Origin: an uncultured Gemmatimonadaceae bacterium | GTDB lineage: Bacteria; Gemmatimonadota; Gemmatimonadetes; Longimicrobiales; RSA9 | Reading direction: 5' to 3' | Length of the DNA stretch: 52,620 bases | NCBI GenBank assembly: GCA_964444685.1 | Contig: CAYUIG010000001.1 | Location: forward strand, 30,687-83,306 | Shown here: positions 51,980 through 52,620 of the stretch, one piece after another | Layout: every line of letters begins with the position of its first letter | How positions within the stretch are numbered: position 1 is the first letter of the stretch | Program-made: the position numbers and the translations under genes | The notes under the pieces: generated by a model | What the model saw: the letters and a program-made list of their open reading frames with translations, nothing else | Database searches by the model: none | What the model was told of the DNA's origin: nothing

Positions 51980-52620
51980 ATGAAGAACCCCACCGATCCG
52001 TCTTCGGGCGGCCGCTCTATCGATCGCCGCGAAGCCATCCGCCGCGGCGCAGCCGCAGGTCTCGGACTCGGACTCGCCGGCGTCGTCGACAGGGCGCCGG
52101 TCGTGGCGCTGTCCGGGTCGCCCAGTCTCCCCTTCGCAGCGCCGCCGATCGAGACTGTGCGCATCGGCTTCGTCGGCATCGGCGGCATGGGCAGCGCACA
52201 TGTGCAGAATCTGCTGAAGATCGAGGGCTGCGAGATCCGCGCGCTCTGCGACATCGTGCCGGAGAAGGTCGAGCGCGCGTCGCAGTGGGTCGTCGAGGCC
52301 GGCTTTCCGAAGCCGGCCGCGTACACACGCGGAGAGACCGACTTCGTGCGCATGTGCGAGGAGCAGGAGCTCGACCTCGTCTACAACGCCACGCCGTGGG
52401 AGTGGCACGTGCCGATCTGCGTCGCCGCGATGGAGAACGGCAAGCACGCGGCGACGGAAGTGCCTGCCGCATACACGCTCGAGGACTGCTGGAAGCTCGT
52501 CGAGACGGCCGAGAAGTACGAGAAGCACTGCGTCATGATGGAGAACTGCAACTACGACCGTCCCGAGATGATGGTCTTCCACATGGTGCGGCGCGGGCTG
52601 TTCGGCGAGATCCTGCACGC
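51980..52620 (+). CDS. Gfo/Idh/MocA-family oxidoreductase with Tat signal peptide; 3' end cut by window edge
   Basis: Not in the ORF track because there is no stop inside the window. The plus-strand frame from ATG 51980 translates to MKNPTDPSSGGRSIDRREAIRRGAAAGLGLGLAG (twin-arginine) followed by the Rossmann motif VRIGFVGIGGMGSAH. The antisense 214-aa track ORF is rejected. Confidence 0.75.
   Translation, partial: MKNPTDPSSGGRSIDRREAIRRGAAAGLGLGLAGVVDRAPVVALSGSPSLPFAAPPIETVRIGFVGIGGMGSAHVQNLLKIEGCEIRALCDIVPEKVERASQWVVEAGFPKPAAYTRGETDFVRMCEEQELDLVYNATPWEWHVPICVAAMENGKHAATEVPAAYTLEDCWKLVETAEKYEKHCVMMENCNYDRPEMMVFHMVRRGLFGEILH

Overview
52.6-kb high-GC (~68-70%) bacterial chromosomal segment; the gene content (many secreted peptidases, sigma-54 regulators, lipoproteins) fits a Gemmatimonadota-like organism. 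I support about 48 protein-coding genes, none of them rRNA, tRNA or CRISPR. Most long ORFs in the six-frame track are antisense shadow ORFs typical of GC-rich DNA; I kept only frames with recognisable protein motifs, signal peptides, SD-like sequences or translational coupling. The window is dominated by secreted/periplasmic hydrolases: an S9 peptidase, an M19 dipeptidase, an M16 pair, an S1 protease with a BsuPI-like inhibitor, an M14 peptidase, two M28 peptidases, an acid phosphatase and a PQQ sugar dehydrogenase. Housekeeping genes are interspersed: mutM, uppP, corA, ppk, arfB, a MATE exporter, a CaCA antiporter, a flotillin/NfeD pair and two NtrC-type regulators, one with its histidine kinase. 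One IS1595-family insertion sequence (IS) with ~25-bp imperfect inverted repeats lies between the antiporter and the MATE gene. Observations beyond routine annotation: (1) ppk is translationally coupled, with an 8-nt overlap, to a small membrane protein carrying an acidic/poly-lysine (PASK-like) N-terminal tail, and this gene in turn overlaps the 3' end of a convergent 1061-aa zinc-ribbon/class-III nucleotidyl-cyclase/STAND-ATPase/TPR protein. (2) A family of ~110-125-bp palindromic repeat elements with conserved ~35-bp arms occurs at two divergent promoter regions; one copy spans the start codon of the dipeptidase gene. (3) Short tandem repeat arrays, (GAGTCGG)n and (CTTACTGCGGGAGG)n, with inverted partner copies bracket the S9 peptidase and a low-GC orphan ORF. 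(4) A secreted S1 protease is operonic with a BsuPI-like inhibitor. (5) A universal stress protein gene is frameshifted. (6) A sigma-54-type regulator has a degenerate GAFTGA motif. All functional calls rest on motif recognition by eye; no database search was run.
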